A stretch of DNA of 64,000 nt from Candidatus Omnitrophota bacterium (GTDB lineage Bacteria; Omnitrophota; Gorgyraeia; Gygaellales; Profunditerraquicolaceae): assembly GCA_041661605.1 (NCBI GenBank), contig JBAZUE010000004.1:7217-71216 (forward strand). Direction: 5' to 3'. Each line of letters begins with the position of its first letter. Within the stretch, counting starts at the first letter, position 1. The notes beneath the pieces were generated by a model that saw only the letters and a program-made list of their open reading frames with translations, made no database searches and was not told where the DNA came from. The translations under genes and the position numbers were made by a program. Shown piece after piece: positions 1-9,269 of this stretch.

Positions 1-109
1 CACCCAGGCGCGGAGCGAGGCGCTTGCGTCGGGGTGTCTCCTCGCAAAGTCGGTCAACCGGGTTCGCGTGATCACGTGCACGTCCACTCCCGCGGCCGCG
101 ACGCGGGCC

Positions 110-132
110 GATGTTTCCAATTTGGAAACATC
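110..132. repeat. Perfect 11-nt inverted repeat GATGTTTCCAA-T-TTGGAAACATC
   Basis: Read directly. Lies about 105 nt beyond the stop of the Uma2-like gene; possible terminator stem or protein-binding site. Confidence 0.6.
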
Positions 133-236
133 CGCAGCTGTCGTCAAGGTGTTCGCTGACGAGCGTACGTGCGTGGTGGCCCTGAAGCGTCACCTTCTCA
201 TTGCGGGCGGTGGCGGATTCTTGCCGTGGCGCGCTC

Positions 237-812
237 CTACTCTCCGGACGACAGGCCGGCGAACAGCGCGGAGATGTCCACGTGTAGCACCGCATCCCCC
301 GCAGTGCGCCTCGCGGGCTGCCACACGAGCTCGTCTGAGTACACCACGTCGCTCGCGCCCGGGCGGGCCACGACAATTACGCGCCGCTCGGGGTCCACAA
401 TCCAGTACTCCAGCGCGTTCCCCGCCACGAAGAAGTCGCGCTTGCGCCGGTAATCACGGGTTCGGCTGGAGGGCGAGACGATCTCGACGACCAGCATCGG
501 TGGGCGGTCCGCGCCGTTCCAGCTCCTGCCGAGCGCGCCCACCGGCGCGGGCAGCACCACCAGGTCGGGCTCGAGCACGTCGTGGGCCGAATAGACGACG
601 TCGAAGGGCGCAAACGTGGCGGTACCTATGCCGTGCTGTTCGACGAAGTCGCCGACCAGGCGCAGCAGACGCCGCAGGATTTCCTGGTGTGCCCCGCTGC
701 ATCCGGGACTCACCAGCAGTTCCCCGTCGAGCAGTTCGCGACGGCACGGATCGTCGGGCAATGCGTCCCGCTCTTCGACGGTCCACCGATGGGCAGCGGC
801 TGGCATGGCCAC
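237..812 (-). CDS. Uma2-family (DUF820) PD-(D/E)xK endonuclease
   Basis: 191-aa ORF. LVVEIVSPSSRTRDYRRKRDFF...EYWIVDP matches the Uma2 signature as I recall it. Confidence 0.8.
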   Translation of the reverse strand: MAMPAAAHRWTVEERDALPDDPCRRELLDGELLVSPGCSGAHQEILRRLLRLVGDFVEQHGIGTATFAPFDVVYSAHDVLEPDLVVLPAPVGALGRSWNGADRPPMLVVEIVSPSSRTRDYRRKRDFFVAGNALEYWIVDPERRVIVVARPGASDVVYSDELVWQPARRTAGDAVLHVDISALFAGLSSGE

Positions 813-879
813 AGTCTACTCCTCCTCGGCCGAGTGATGCAACGGGGCATGGCCGAACGGTGTCGATATCCGAGGGTGC

Positions 880-1272
880 GTGCGTCACCGTAAGTCGGTC
901 CGCGTGACGAGTAAGGCCCTCAAGGCGCGGCCAGCCGCTGGCAAGACGCTCTCGGACCGGGCGTGGATTCGCACGCACGAGCCCGATCTGACGGACCCCG
1001 ACGCGCCTGACTTCTCCGGCCTCATGCACGCCGAGCTGAAGCGACTGCGCGGGCGGCCGGCGGGCTCGGGCCGCAAGGACGCGGTATCACTGCGTGTGGA
1101 CCGGGACGTGCTCGCCGGATTCCGAGCGACGGGTCGCGGCTGGCAGACGCGCATGAACGAGGCGCTGCGCGTCTGGCTCGAGACGGAGCAGAAGCGCGCG
1201 AAGCGACAGCGAGCGCGCGAGCCGAAGCCGGCGCAGCGGACGAGGCGAAAGAAGCCCGCGTCGACCGGCTAG
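880..1272 (+). CDS. BrnA-type (DUF4415-like) antitoxin, no adjacent BrnT
   Basis: 130 aa. DLTDPDAPDF...RGRPxGSGRKxAVSLRVDRDVLAGFRATGRGWQTRMNEALRVWL is the BrnA-type C-terminal pattern, followed by a basic tail. Confidence 0.65.
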   Translation: MRHRKSVRVTSKALKARPAAGKTLSDRAWIRTHEPDLTDPDAPDFSGLMHAELKRLRGRPAGSGRKDAVSLRVDRDVLAGFRATGRGWQTRMNEALRVWLETEQKRAKRQRAREPKPAQRTRRKKPASTG

Positions 1273-1557
1273 ACTCTGCTCAGCGGCGGCTGACGCCGCG
1301 ACCGCGCGCGCCGCTGATTCGCGCTGTTTCGGTGCGAGCTGCAGCGTGCCGATGACACACTCACGCGCGCTCGAGCGCAGCATGAGGGCGGACCGGCGCG
1401 CTTCGGCTCCGATTCAACGCGCACCTCGACCGCCTTCTTTCCGTGAAACAGACCCGGTACTTTGCGTTTGTCCGCAAACGCCCCGATCGCGTCGTCATTC
1501 TGGACGCGTGGATCCTGCGACCGTCCACAACGCGTTCTTCGACCGGAGTTTCGTCCC

Positions 1558-1755
1558 ATGAAGGTCCGCTATTTCGAGGAGACGGACACCCTGCACATCG
1601 AGTTCCGCGACGTGCCGGTGGCCGAAAGTCGCGATCTCGACGAAAACACGGTGGTTGACGTGGACGAGGGGGGGAGCATCTGCGCGATTACGGTGGAGCA
1701 TGCCTCCACCCGTGCGGGCGCGCCGCAGTTCAGCTTCGAGCAGGTCGCGGCGTAG
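1558..1755 (+). CDS. DUF2283 domain protein
   Basis: Internal ATG of track ORF 1462..1755. MKVRYFEETDTLHIEF...ICAITVEHAS is typical of DUF2283. Confidence 0.75.
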   Translation: MKVRYFEETDTLHIEFRDVPVAESRDLDENTVVDVDEGGSICAITVEHASTRAGAPQFSFEQVAA

Positions 1756-1808
1756 GGGGCCGCGCGTCGAGCCGCGGTCGCACTTGGGGTGGCCGCCCGC
1801 GCGCGACG

Positions 1809-1844
<36 letters not shown>

Positions 1845-1845
1845 G

Positions 1846-2085
1846 CTAGACGCCTGCGAGCACCCTGCCGTGCAGGAACTCCGGTGCCAGGCTGGCCCCG
1901 TTCGGCCACTCGAGCGCACCGCCCTCGACGCGAAATGCAGCGAAACGCTGCTCGTCGAGCAGGGGCTCGAAGACCTCGCCGCGCAGCTCGGCCTGCAGGT
2001 CCAGCGTTCCCGCCGCGCCATCCCGAAAGCGCAGCCAGACACTGTACCCACCGAGGTAACGGGCTTCGATCACGGAGTAGTGCAT
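1846..2085 (-). CDS. DUF2442 domain protein
   Basis: 79 aa from the internal ATG (2083-2085) of track ORF 1846..2382. MHYSVIEARYLGGYSVWLRFRDG... is DUF2442-like. Confidence 0.7.
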   Translation of the reverse strand: MHYSVIEARYLGGYSVWLRFRDGAAGTLDLQAELRGEVFEPLLDEQRFAAFRVEGGALEWPNGASLAPEFLHGRVLAGV

Positions 2086-2086
2086 G

Positions 2087-2344
2087 TCACTCCAACGGGG
2101 CGATTCGCGGAAGTCGTTTGCCCTCGCGGGCGAGACGCCAGCATCGAAGAAGTTCATCTTGGTGCAACGCCAGCCAAGACTGCACCAGCCGCATCGCCGT
2201 GGGCGGAAAGCGACCGTGTGCGACGCCGCTGATGATCTCGACGGTAATCTCGTCGTCCCCGCAGTGCGCATGCAAGTGGGGCGGCGCGTGCTTACGGTGG
2301 AACATGCGGATGACGATCCCGTAAAAGCGTGAAATCTCGGGCAT
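2087..2344 (-). CDS. DUF4160 domain protein
   Basis: 85 aa. MPEISRFYGIVIRMFHRKHAPPHLHA signature. One nt from the DUF2442 gene, the usual DUF4160-DUF2442 pairing. Confidence 0.8.
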   Translation of the reverse strand: MPEISRFYGIVIRMFHRKHAPPHLHAHCGDDEITVEIISGVAHGRFPPTAMRLVQSWLALHQDELLRCWRLAREGKRLPRIAPLE

Positions 2345-2617
2345 GCCGACACCGTAGTGCCGACACGCGGGATGCGTGTCACCGGATCATTGCAACAGAG
2401 CGCGCCAGAATGCGATGCGGCGGGCCGATGAAGACAGCACCGCCGTCACGCGCGAGCAACGCAAACCGCCGCGCGATTTCGATGCGAACGGAAATCGTTT
2501 GGTGACGCGCTCCGGAGTCGCCGTCCCCATCATGCGTCCATGCCCGTCTTTGCACACGGTGTCCGTGCCCTAGGTCCCCGGGAACATGCGCGCCTCTGCC
2601 AGCGGGAGGGGGGCTTG

Positions 2618-2655
2618 ATCGTTCCTTATTTGGGGTTTATCGTTCCCATTATGGG
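2618..2655 (+). promoter_or_regulatory. Direct repeat ATCGTTCCTTATTTGGGG / ATCGTTCCCATTATGGG overlapping the MNT-like gene start (candidate operator)
   Basis: Two similar 17-18-nt units read directly, immediately 5' of and overlapping the ATG at 2651. Confidence 0.35.
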
Positions 2656-3280
2656 TACGCCTAAACGCGAAGTTTCACCGAACGTCGGCGCGCCATCGGG
2701 TGTGGCCGACGCCCTCTTTTCCAAGACTCGACAGCGTGTGCTGGCGATCCTCTTCGGGAATGCAGAGGGCAGTCTGCACGCGAATGCCATAATCCGACTC
2801 GCCGACGCGGGCACGGGCGGTGTGCAACGTGAACTCGAAGCGCTCGAGCACTCCGGGCTCGTGCGCGCGAAGCGCGTGGGTAACCAGAAGCACTACCAGG
2901 CCAACCGCGATGCCCCGGTATTCGGCGCCCTTCGCGAGCTGGTGCTGAAGACGTCAGGACTGGCCGACCTGCTGCGCGCTGCGCTGACGCCGATGTCGGA
3001 GCGCATCCAGGGAGCGTTCGTCTTTGGCTCCGTCGCGGCGGGAGCGGATCATTCAGCGAGCGACATCGACCTGTTCGTCGTCAGCGACGACCTGGCGTAT
3101 GCGGAGCTGTTCGCTGCACTCGAGACGTGCGCGCAGCGGATGGGCCGGCCCGTCAATCCCACTCTATACACGAGCGACGAGTTCCGGCGGCGTGTTCGCA
3201 CGAAGAACGCTTTCGTGGCCCGCGTACTCAGGCAACCGAAGCTGTGGATCGTCGGAAACGCGCATGACTTTGGCGCTTGA
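2651..3280 (+). CDS. Winged-HTH plus nucleotidyltransferase-domain protein (MNT-type antitoxin candidate)
   Basis: Internal ATG of track ORF 2540..3280. ArsR-like wHTH (LHANAIIRLADAGTGGVQRELEALEHSGLV), then GSVAAGADHSASDIDLFVV nucleotidyltransferase motif. Confidence 0.7.
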   Translation: MGTPKREVSPNVGAPSGVADALFSKTRQRVLAILFGNAEGSLHANAIIRLADAGTGGVQRELEALEHSGLVRAKRVGNQKHYQANRDAPVFGALRELVLKTSGLADLLRAALTPMSERIQGAFVFGSVAAGADHSASDIDLFVVSDDLAYAELFAALETCAQRMGRPVNPTLYTSDEFRRRVRTKNAFVARVLRQPKLWIVGNAHDFGA

Positions 3281-3683
3281 GAAGCTCTGCGGCGCTGGTG
3301 GACCGCTCCACCGTGAGGCGCCCGACGCCGCCGAGGTCGCGGGGCTCGTGCGCTCAGGAATCGTGCGCCTCGCCGATTCGAAGCGAGTGTCAAACTCGCT
3401 GGAGAGCCGATTTGACCTGGGCTACAACGCCGCGCACGCGCTGTGCCTTGCCGCGCTCAGGCGAGCAGGCTTCCGGCCGACCAACCGCTGGGTGGTCTTC
3501 CAGTCCCTCCCGCATACGCTCGGACTGGGTGCAGATGTCTGGCGCGTGCTCGACAAGTGCCATAGGCTGCGGAATCTGAGCGAGTACGAGGGCGACCTTC
3601 AGCTCGACGACGGGATCGTCCAGGCGCTGCTCGTGGCCTGCGACGCGGTCGTCGCGGCGCTCGGACCCGCGGACGACGCGTGA
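3264..3683 (+). CDS. HEPN-like protein (toxin partner candidate of the MNT gene)
   Basis: Internal ATG of track ORF 3024..3683, with a 17-nt overlap onto the MNT gene. All-helical, with RLRNLSEYEG resembling the HEPN R-N-x3-Y motif. Confidence 0.5.
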   Translation: MTLALEKLCGAGGPLHREAPDAAEVAGLVRSGIVRLADSKRVSNSLESRFDLGYNAAHALCLAALRRAGFRPTNRWVVFQSLPHTLGLGADVWRVLDKCHRLRNLSEYEGDLQLDDGIVQALLVACDAVVAALGPADDA

Positions 3684-3763
3684 CTGGGCGCGGGCGAGCC
3701 CTCCCCGCAGGCGCAGTCGTCTCGCCGGACGGGGGCCGGCCCCGCGCCCGACGGAGAGCCGAC

Positions 3764-3873
3764 CTCGCGCGTGATGGGGGGTCCTGTTCGCGAATATAGG
3801 AGGGCCATAAACGGGGCGCGCAGCGCCCCGCTGGCCCGACAATTTCGCGAACAGGACCCCCCGTCGCGCGCGA
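3764..3873. repeat. Nested-hairpin element, A-type core in reverse orientation (copy A0)
   Basis: Arms GGGGGGTCCTGTTCGCGAA / TTCGCGAACAGGACCCCCC enclose TATAGGAGGGCC-ATAAAC-GGGGCGC-GCA-GCGCCCC-GCT-GGCCCGACAATT. This is the reverse complement of the core seen at 43-60 kb. Confidence 0.8.
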
Positions 3874-3879
3874 GCCGCG

Positions 3880-5685
3880 CTAAAACCAGGCGGGCTCGGC
3901 CTTAATGGTGGTGTCATCCAAGCGGCACAGCAGCGCGATGTCCGGCCCGATGCGCGGCAGCTCGAACGCGAACCAGTACCGCGCCGCCGCGAGCTTGCCC
4001 TGCAGGAAGTCCCGCTCCTCGTCCGTGGCCGCCGCGGGGAGCTTGGCCTGGGCGACGACGGCCATGCGCAACCACAGCCACGCCACGACCACGCGGTTCG
4101 CGACGTCCATGTACACATTGGCATTGGCCAGCGCGAGATTCGGATCCTTCGCCATCGCCATGCCGAGCACCTGCGTGCACTCGGCCCACTGCCCCAGGGC
4201 CGTCCCAAGCTGGCTCGCGTAGGGGGCGAGGGGCGTTTGGGCCGCCTGAGCCAACGTGGCGCGAATGCGGGCCATCAGCGCCTTGAACGATGCCCCGCCC
4301 TGCTGCACGACCTTGCGACCGAGCAGGTCGAGGGACTGGATGCCATTGGTTCCCTCGTGAATCTGGTTGAGCCGGTTGTCGCGGTAGAGCTGCTCGATGG
4401 GGTACTCGCGGGCGTAGCCGTAGCCGCCCATCACCTGCATGGCGTTGCTGATGGCGGTCTGGCAGCCGAGCGCGGGGAATGTCTTGGCGAGCGGAGTGAG
4501 GACGTCCAATAGGAGACTCGCGGCATGCCGCTCGTCTTCTGTGGGAGCGGTCTGTTCGTCGTCCACGAGGCGGCCGCATTCGAGGATGAGGGCGAGGGCG
4601 CCGTCCACGTTGGCGAGCGCTTCGAGGAGCATGCGACGGATGTCGGCGTGCTCGATGATGGGGACCGGCGGCGCGAGCGGATCCTTGGCGGCGGGCGGCC
4701 TGCCCTGCCGGCGCGTACGCGCATAGTCCACCGCGTGGTTGTACGCCGAGTGGCCCATCCCCGTGGCGGCGCGGCCGACGGCGATGCGCGCCTCGTTCAT
4801 CATCTTGAACATGTACGACAGCCCCTTGTGCGGCTCGCCGACGAGGTAGGCGACGCAAGGGTCTTTTTCGCCGAAGTTGAGGAGGGTGCTGCAGGTGCCG
4901 CGCCAGCCCATCTTATGGATCAATCCGCCTAGAGAGACTCCGTTGGAGAGAACGGCGGAGACGGCGGAAACGGCGGAGGACGGCAGTACTTTGGGGACGA
5001 TGAATAGGGAGATGCCCTTGGTGCCGGGGGGGGCGCCCTCAATTCGCGCCAGCACCAGGTGGACGATGTTCTCGGTGATTTCCTGGTCGCCGCCGGAGAT
5101 CCAGATCTTGGTTCCGGTGAGGTGATAGGTGCCGTCTGGCTGGGGCTTGGCGGTGGTGCGGAGGTCCGCAAGCGAGGATCCTGCGTCCGGCTCGGTGAGC
5201 GCCATGGTGCCGGCGAAGCGGCCGTCGAACATCGGCGGAAGCCAGGTGTCCTTCTGCTCCTGGCTGCCGAAGGCGGCGATGAGGTTGGCGGCGCCGACGG
5301 TGAGGAGCGGATAGCTGGCGGTGGCGGCGTTGGCTGAATCCAGCAGGGCGTAGGCGGCGATGGAGATCAGGTGCGGGAGCTGCATGCCGCCGATGTCGGC
5401 GTCCTGCGAGGCGGCCATGAGGCCTGCCTCGGCGGTGGCGTCGTAGGCCGGCTTGACGCCCGGGTTCAAAACGACCTTGCCGTTAACGACCGTGGGCTCG
5501 TCGGTGTCGTTGAGCTTCTGGTGGGTGGCGTAGAAGTCGGAGGCGATACCGCGTGCCGACTCCAGCACGGCGTCGAAGGCTTCGCGGGAGTAGTCGCTGA
5601 AGCGGGGACGGGTGCAGAGGCTTTCGGCGTCGAGGACGTCGTAGAGCTGGAAGGCGAGGGTGCGGGGGTTGATGAGGCTGGGCAT
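3880..5685 (-). CDS. Acyl-CoA dehydrogenase (long ~600-aa class)
   Basis: 601-aa ORF with ACAD-type N-terminal, middle and C-terminal regions (TEPDAGSS, YPIEQLYRDNRLNQIHEGTNGIQ). Confidence 0.9.
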   Translation of the reverse strand: MPSLINPRTLAFQLYDVLDAESLCTRPRFSDYSREAFDAVLESARGIASDFYATHQKLNDTDEPTVVNGKVVLNPGVKPAYDATAEAGLMAASQDADIGGMQLPHLISIAAYALLDSANAATASYPLLTVGAANLIAAFGSQEQKDTWLPPMFDGRFAGTMALTEPDAGSSLADLRTTAKPQPDGTYHLTGTKIWISGGDQEITENIVHLVLARIEGAPPGTKGISLFIVPKVLPSSAVSAVSAVLSNGVSLGGLIHKMGWRGTCSTLLNFGEKDPCVAYLVGEPHKGLSYMFKMMNEARIAVGRAATGMGHSAYNHAVDYARTRRQGRPPAAKDPLAPPVPIIEHADIRRMLLEALANVDGALALILECGRLVDDEQTAPTEDERHAASLLLDVLTPLAKTFPALGCQTAISNAMQVMGGYGYAREYPIEQLYRDNRLNQIHEGTNGIQSLDLLGRKVVQQGGASFKALMARIRATLAQAAQTPLAPYASQLGTALGQWAECTQVLGMAMAKDPNLALANANVYMDVANRVVVAWLWLRMAVVAQAKLPAAATDEERDFLQGKLAAARYWFAFELPRIGPDIALLCRLDDTTIKAEPAWF

Positions 5686-5789
5686 GTCGTTGGGCCGGCG
5701 AAGGATGCGGCAAAGATACGGCCCCTGTCGCGAGGCGTCAGGGGCCGTTGATTTCGAGTGGTTGGTGCTTAGTTTTATCCGTCTAGTAC

Positions 5790-5863
5790 GGGCGCGTAGC
5801 TCAGCTGGTTAGAGCGCTGCTTTCACACAGCAGAGGTCCGGGGTTCGAGTCCCTGCGCGCCCA
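5790..5863 (+). tRNA. tRNA-Val: tRNA-Val (anticodon CAC)
   Basis: Cloverleaf folded by hand: acceptor GGGCGCG/CGCGCCC, anticodon stem CTGCT/AGCAG, loop TTCACAC, T-loop TTCGAGT. CCA is not encoded. Confidence 0.9.
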
Positions 5864-5872
5864 TCAAGAAGA

Positions 5873-5901
5873 GGGGGTCCCTGATTGCAGGGACCCCCTT
5901 T
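5873..5901 (+). terminator. Rho-independent terminator after tRNA-Val
   Basis: GGGGGTCCCTG-ATTG-CAGGGACCCCC followed by TTT, between convergent tRNA and aminotransferase genes. Confidence 0.7.
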
Positions 5902-5916
5902 CGCATTGGGTGGCGT

Positions 5917-7047
5917 TCAGGCCGATCGATGGCAGGCGTGTACGATTTCGGCGACGCGCTGAATCTCCTCGTCGGTCATTCCGGTTCCACTGGGGAGACA
6001 GAGACCACGCGCAAAGAGGTCCTCCGCGACGGCGCCGCCGCGCACGCGCGCGCCCTTGAAGACCGGCTGCAGGTGCATCGGCTTCCAGACCGGGCGAGAT
6101 TCGATGTTCTGCGCTTCGAGCGCGAGGCGCACTGCTTCGCGGTCGTTGCCGAACTGACTCGGAGTGATCAGGACGATGGACAGCCAGCGTGTGCACTGTC
6201 CCCACGGGGCTTCGGGCATGAACTCCAATCCCCGAAGACCACCGAGCAGTTCCTGGTAACGAGCGAAGATCGCTCGCCGGCGGCGCACGCGCTCATCGAG
6301 AGTGGCAAGCTGCGCGCGTCCGAGCGCTGCCAACAGGTTGCTCATCCGGTAGTTGTAACCGATCTCCGAATGCTCGTAATGCGGAGCAGGATCACGCGCC
6401 TGCTGCGCGAGGAATCGCGCCCTCGCGATCAGCGCACCGTCGTCGGAGGCCAGCATGCCGCCTCCAGACGTCGTGATGATCTTGTTTCCATTGAACGAGA
6501 AGACGGCGGCACGACTTCCCTTTCCTGCGTGGCGCCCCTTGTAGCTCGTCCCGAGCGCCTCGGCCGTATCGCTGACCACCGGAATGCCGTGGTGCTCGCA
6601 AATAGCCAAGATTCGGTCGAGATCGGCGGCTTGACCGTAGAGGTCAGTGACGATCACCGCCTTCGGTTTCCTACCCTTCTTCGCAGCCGACTCAAGCTCT
6701 TCAGAAACGAGATCCGGATCAACGTTCCAAGAAACTCGCTCCGAATCGATGAAGACCGGTTGAGCGCCAACGAATGTCACGGGGCTCACGCCGCCCATGA
6801 ATGTGAGAGTAGGCACCAGGACCTCGTCGTCGCGCTGCACGCTGAGGATCTGCAGTGCGAGATGCAGCGCCGCCGTGCCACTGGAAAGAGCCGCCGCGTG
6901 CGTCATGCCGACCTTCTCGGCGAACTCGCGCTCGAAGGCATCGACGTGAGGGCCTAGCGGAGCGATCCAGTTGCTGGCGATGGCGTCCGCGACCAACTGT
7001 TGCTCGTCGCCGCCGATCCACGGAGGAGAGAGAAAAAGGCGGCTCAC
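5917..7047 (-). CDS. DegT/DnrJ/EryC1/StrS-family sugar aminotransferase (PglE-role candidate)
   Basis: 376 aa; typical N-terminus and PLP-lysine region (FSFNGNKIITTSGGG). Confidence 0.85.
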   Translation of the reverse strand: MSRLFLSPPWIGGDEQQLVADAIASNWIAPLGPHVDAFEREFAEKVGMTHAAALSSGTAALHLALQILSVQRDDEVLVPTLTFMGGVSPVTFVGAQPVFIDSERVSWNVDPDLVSEELESAAKKGRKPKAVIVTDLYGQAADLDRILAICEHHGIPVVSDTAEALGTSYKGRHAGKGSRAAVFSFNGNKIITTSGGGMLASDDGALIARARFLAQQARDPAPHYEHSEIGYNYRMSNLLAALGRAQLATLDERVRRRRAIFARYQELLGGLRGLEFMPEAPWGQCTRWLSIVLITPSQFGNDREAVRLALEAQNIESRPVWKPMHLQPVFKGARVRGGAVAEDLFARGLCLPSGTGMTDEEIQRVAEIVHACHRSA

Positions 7048-7439
7048 TTCGCTCTTACCTTAGCCGGTACGCCGTACACGACCGCACCGTCTGGTACGTC
7101 ATGCGTCACGAAACTAAATGCTCCCACGACCGCGTTCTCTCCAATCGTGACGCCCGGCATAATCACGCTGTGACTGCCTACCCGAGCGTTGCGCCTCACC
7201 AAGACAGGACCTTCTTTGTCGTCGATCGTTGATACGGAGTAAATCGAGCAGTGCGAGCCAATCTGCACTTCATCCTCAAGCGTGACGCCCCTCTGCGCCT
7301 GGATGTAGGTGAAGGCCCCGATGTCCGTCCGCTCGCCGAGGGTGAATCCAGCAACGTGCCGCACGATCCAACCGTACTTCGTGGGTGTTCCATCTGGAAC
7401 TTCTGGCTGCAACCAGTTGTCGAATCGTCTCTCGCTCAT
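7044..7439 (-). CDS. Hexapeptide-repeat (LbH) N-acetyltransferase (PglD-role candidate)
   Basis: 131 aa with left-handed beta-helix repeats (IGSHCSI, VGSHSVIMPGVTIGENAVVGAFSFV). 4-nt overlaps with both neighbours. Confidence 0.65.
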   Translation of the reverse strand: MSERRFDNWLQPEVPDGTPTKYGWIVRHVAGFTLGERTDIGAFTYIQAQRGVTLEDEVQIGSHCSIYSVSTIDDKEGPVLVRRNARVGSHSVIMPGVTIGENAVVGAFSFVTHDVPDGAVVYGVPAKVRAK

Positions 7440-8104
7440 GTAGAACTCCCAGGGCCCTCAAAGCGCCTCATTGTTGCGTGACCAGCCTGGCTGATTCCCG
7501 TACGGCTGACGACTCGAATGAAAGTCAAGAAGAGTATTCGTAGATCAAGCCAGAATGACTGATGATCTACGTACCAGACATCCAAATCAAGGCGCTGTTG
7601 CCATGTCGTCGCATTCCGGCCGTTAACCTGTGCCCAACCAGTCACGCCTGGGCGAACGCTGTGCCGGCGCGCTTGCTCTGCTGAGTACAGTGGCAAGTAC
7701 TCCATCAGCAACGGGCGCGGGCCCACTAGGCTCATCTCACCACGCAGAACGTTTATCAGTGCAGGCAACTCATCAAGACTACTCATCCTCAAGGCCCTGC
7801 CGACGCGTGTCAACCTTCTCTCGTCCGGCAGCATCGACCCATCAGGCGAGCGCTCAAGTGTCATCGATCGAAACTTGACAATCTGAAAGGGCCGACCACC
7901 GAGGCCAGGTCTCGTTTGGCGAAAGAGCACCGGCGAGCCAAGGTTGAAACGAACCACAACTGCGACCAGCAGAAGAAACGGGCCAGCAAGGACCAACGCG
8001 ATTGAAGCCAGAACTATATCCGCTACGCGCTTCAGCACTGTGCGACTTCGCGAAAGACTTGCTCGAAGCGCTCGGTTCCGATTGACAACGCGAGCTTGCT
8101 CCAA
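7436..8104 (-). CDS. Undecaprenyl-phosphate sugar phosphotransferase (PglC/WbaP C-terminal type initiating transferase)
   Basis: 222 aa. LKRVADIVLASIALVLAGPFLLLVAVVVRFNLGSPVLFRQTRPGLGGRPFQIVKFRSM signature. The 73-nt overlap with the upstream GT suggests a later true start. Confidence 0.85.
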   Translation of the reverse strand: MEQARVVNRNRALRASLSRSRTVLKRVADIVLASIALVLAGPFLLLVAVVVRFNLGSPVLFRQTRPGLGGRPFQIVKFRSMTLERSPDGSMLPDERRLTRVGRALRMSSLDELPALINVLRGEMSLVGPRPLLMEYLPLYSAEQARRHSVRPGVTGWAQVNGRNATTWQQRLDLDVWYVDHQSFWLDLRILFLTFIRVVSRTGISQAGHATMRRFEGPGSST

Positions 8105-9255
8105 TAGAACGCAATCGCGCGCTCGCCCATCGCATCGCGCTCGGAGCGGGACATCCGTCGTAGCGTCGAGACGGCCTCAGCCAGGGCCTGAGGATTGCCT
8201 GGTTCGCACGCGATACCTGCACCTGCCCCCTCAACAAGCTCCGCCGCTTCTCCCGATACCGCCATCAGTAGCGGCTTGCCACAAGCCAAATAGGCCTGCG
8301 TCTTCGACGGAATCGTGATTCTAAAGAGAGCATCGTTGCTCAGATTGACGAGAAGCGCGTCGCCAAGCGCGAGATACCTGCCAACATCCGTAACCGACTG
8401 CCTCGGGACGAAGAGGACGTTGCCGATGTGCTCCGATGACACTCGTCGCTTCAATCGCTCAGATTCAATCCCGCTCCCAACAAATACAAATCTCACGTTA
8501 GGCTCACGAGCGGCGAGTGACGCCGCCGCATCCAAGACGGTGTCGAGCTGCTGAGCCCTGCCCATATTGCCAGCGAACACAATAACGAATTTGCCAGCAA
8601 GTCCAAGGCTGTTCGCGAGAGATTGACTTGGCGATTCTGCAATCACCTGCGACTCATCACACCAATTATAGATGACGACCACCTTGTCCCGCGGCACGCT
8701 CCGCTCGACAAGTGCTTCTTGGAAACCGCGCGACAAGACCGTAATCCTCGCCGCTAGCGCATACACCACACGACACCAGAGGCCAACCAAGCTCAGAATG
8801 AACGCGTTCCTTACCATACCAGTCGATTCGAGTGTGTCGGGCCAGAGGTCCTGTATGTCGACAACGAATGGGATGCGGCGCAACATGCTGATGACAATCG
8901 CCGGCAGGCCCACGGTCGCGGGCGGGTGATATACATACATCACGTCCGCTCTTCGGACTAACGCTGCACCGAGAAGTGACGCGGACAGCGCAAAGCTCAG
9001 GTAGTTCGCAACCCGCTTCAACGCGGAGCCATCGTGGCTTGGGTACAATGGTACCCTGATTACGGAAATGCCCTCGATAGTCTCACGTTGATAGAACCGT
9101 ACCCGATATCCCGGATACAATCGACCTCCGGGATAATTCGGAAAGCCCGTCAATACCTCAACTGAGTGTCCGCGCCTCTGGAGCTCACGAGCGAATGGGA
9201 GGCCCTTGAAGAGAGGTTCCGGTTGGAACCACTGAGTAAGAAGGAGAATGCGCAT
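8032..9255 (-). CDS. GT4 glycosyltransferase, WbuB-like (L-FucNAc transferase type)
   Basis: 407 aa. MRILLLTQWFQPEP...FPNYPGG N-terminus typical of WbuB-like enzymes. Sits next to fnlABC. Confidence 0.75.
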   Translation of the reverse strand: MRILLLTQWFQPEPLFKGLPFARELQRRGHSVEVLTGFPNYPGGRLYPGYRVRFYQRETIEGISVIRVPLYPSHDGSALKRVANYLSFALSASLLGAALVRRADVMYVYHPPATVGLPAIVISMLRRIPFVVDIQDLWPDTLESTGMVRNAFILSLVGLWCRVVYALAARITVLSRGFQEALVERSVPRDKVVVIYNWCDESQVIAESPSQSLANSLGLAGKFVIVFAGNMGRAQQLDTVLDAAASLAAREPNVRFVFVGSGIESERLKRRVSSEHIGNVLFVPRQSVTDVGRYLALGDALLVNLSNDALFRITIPSKTQAYLACGKPLLMAVSGEAAELVEGAGAGIACEPGNPQALAEAVSTLRRMSRSERDAMGERAIAFYWSKLALSIGTERFEQVFREVAQC

Positions 9256-9269
9256 CGGACGTTCGGATT

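Noticed and set aside
68-1029. ORFs 68..907 (+), 454..1029 (-) and 582..893 (+) overlapping the Uma2 gene
   Set aside because: These are Arg/Pro/Ala-rich shadow frames of a GC-rich region. Only the 237..812 minus-strand frame gives a recognisable protein.
3390-4858. ORFs 3390..4208 (-) and 3914..4858 (-) as separate genes
   Set aside because: They are alternative frames of the acyl-CoA dehydrogenase gene and its 3' flank. The sequence is low-complexity, and the 3880..5685 frame is the conserved one.
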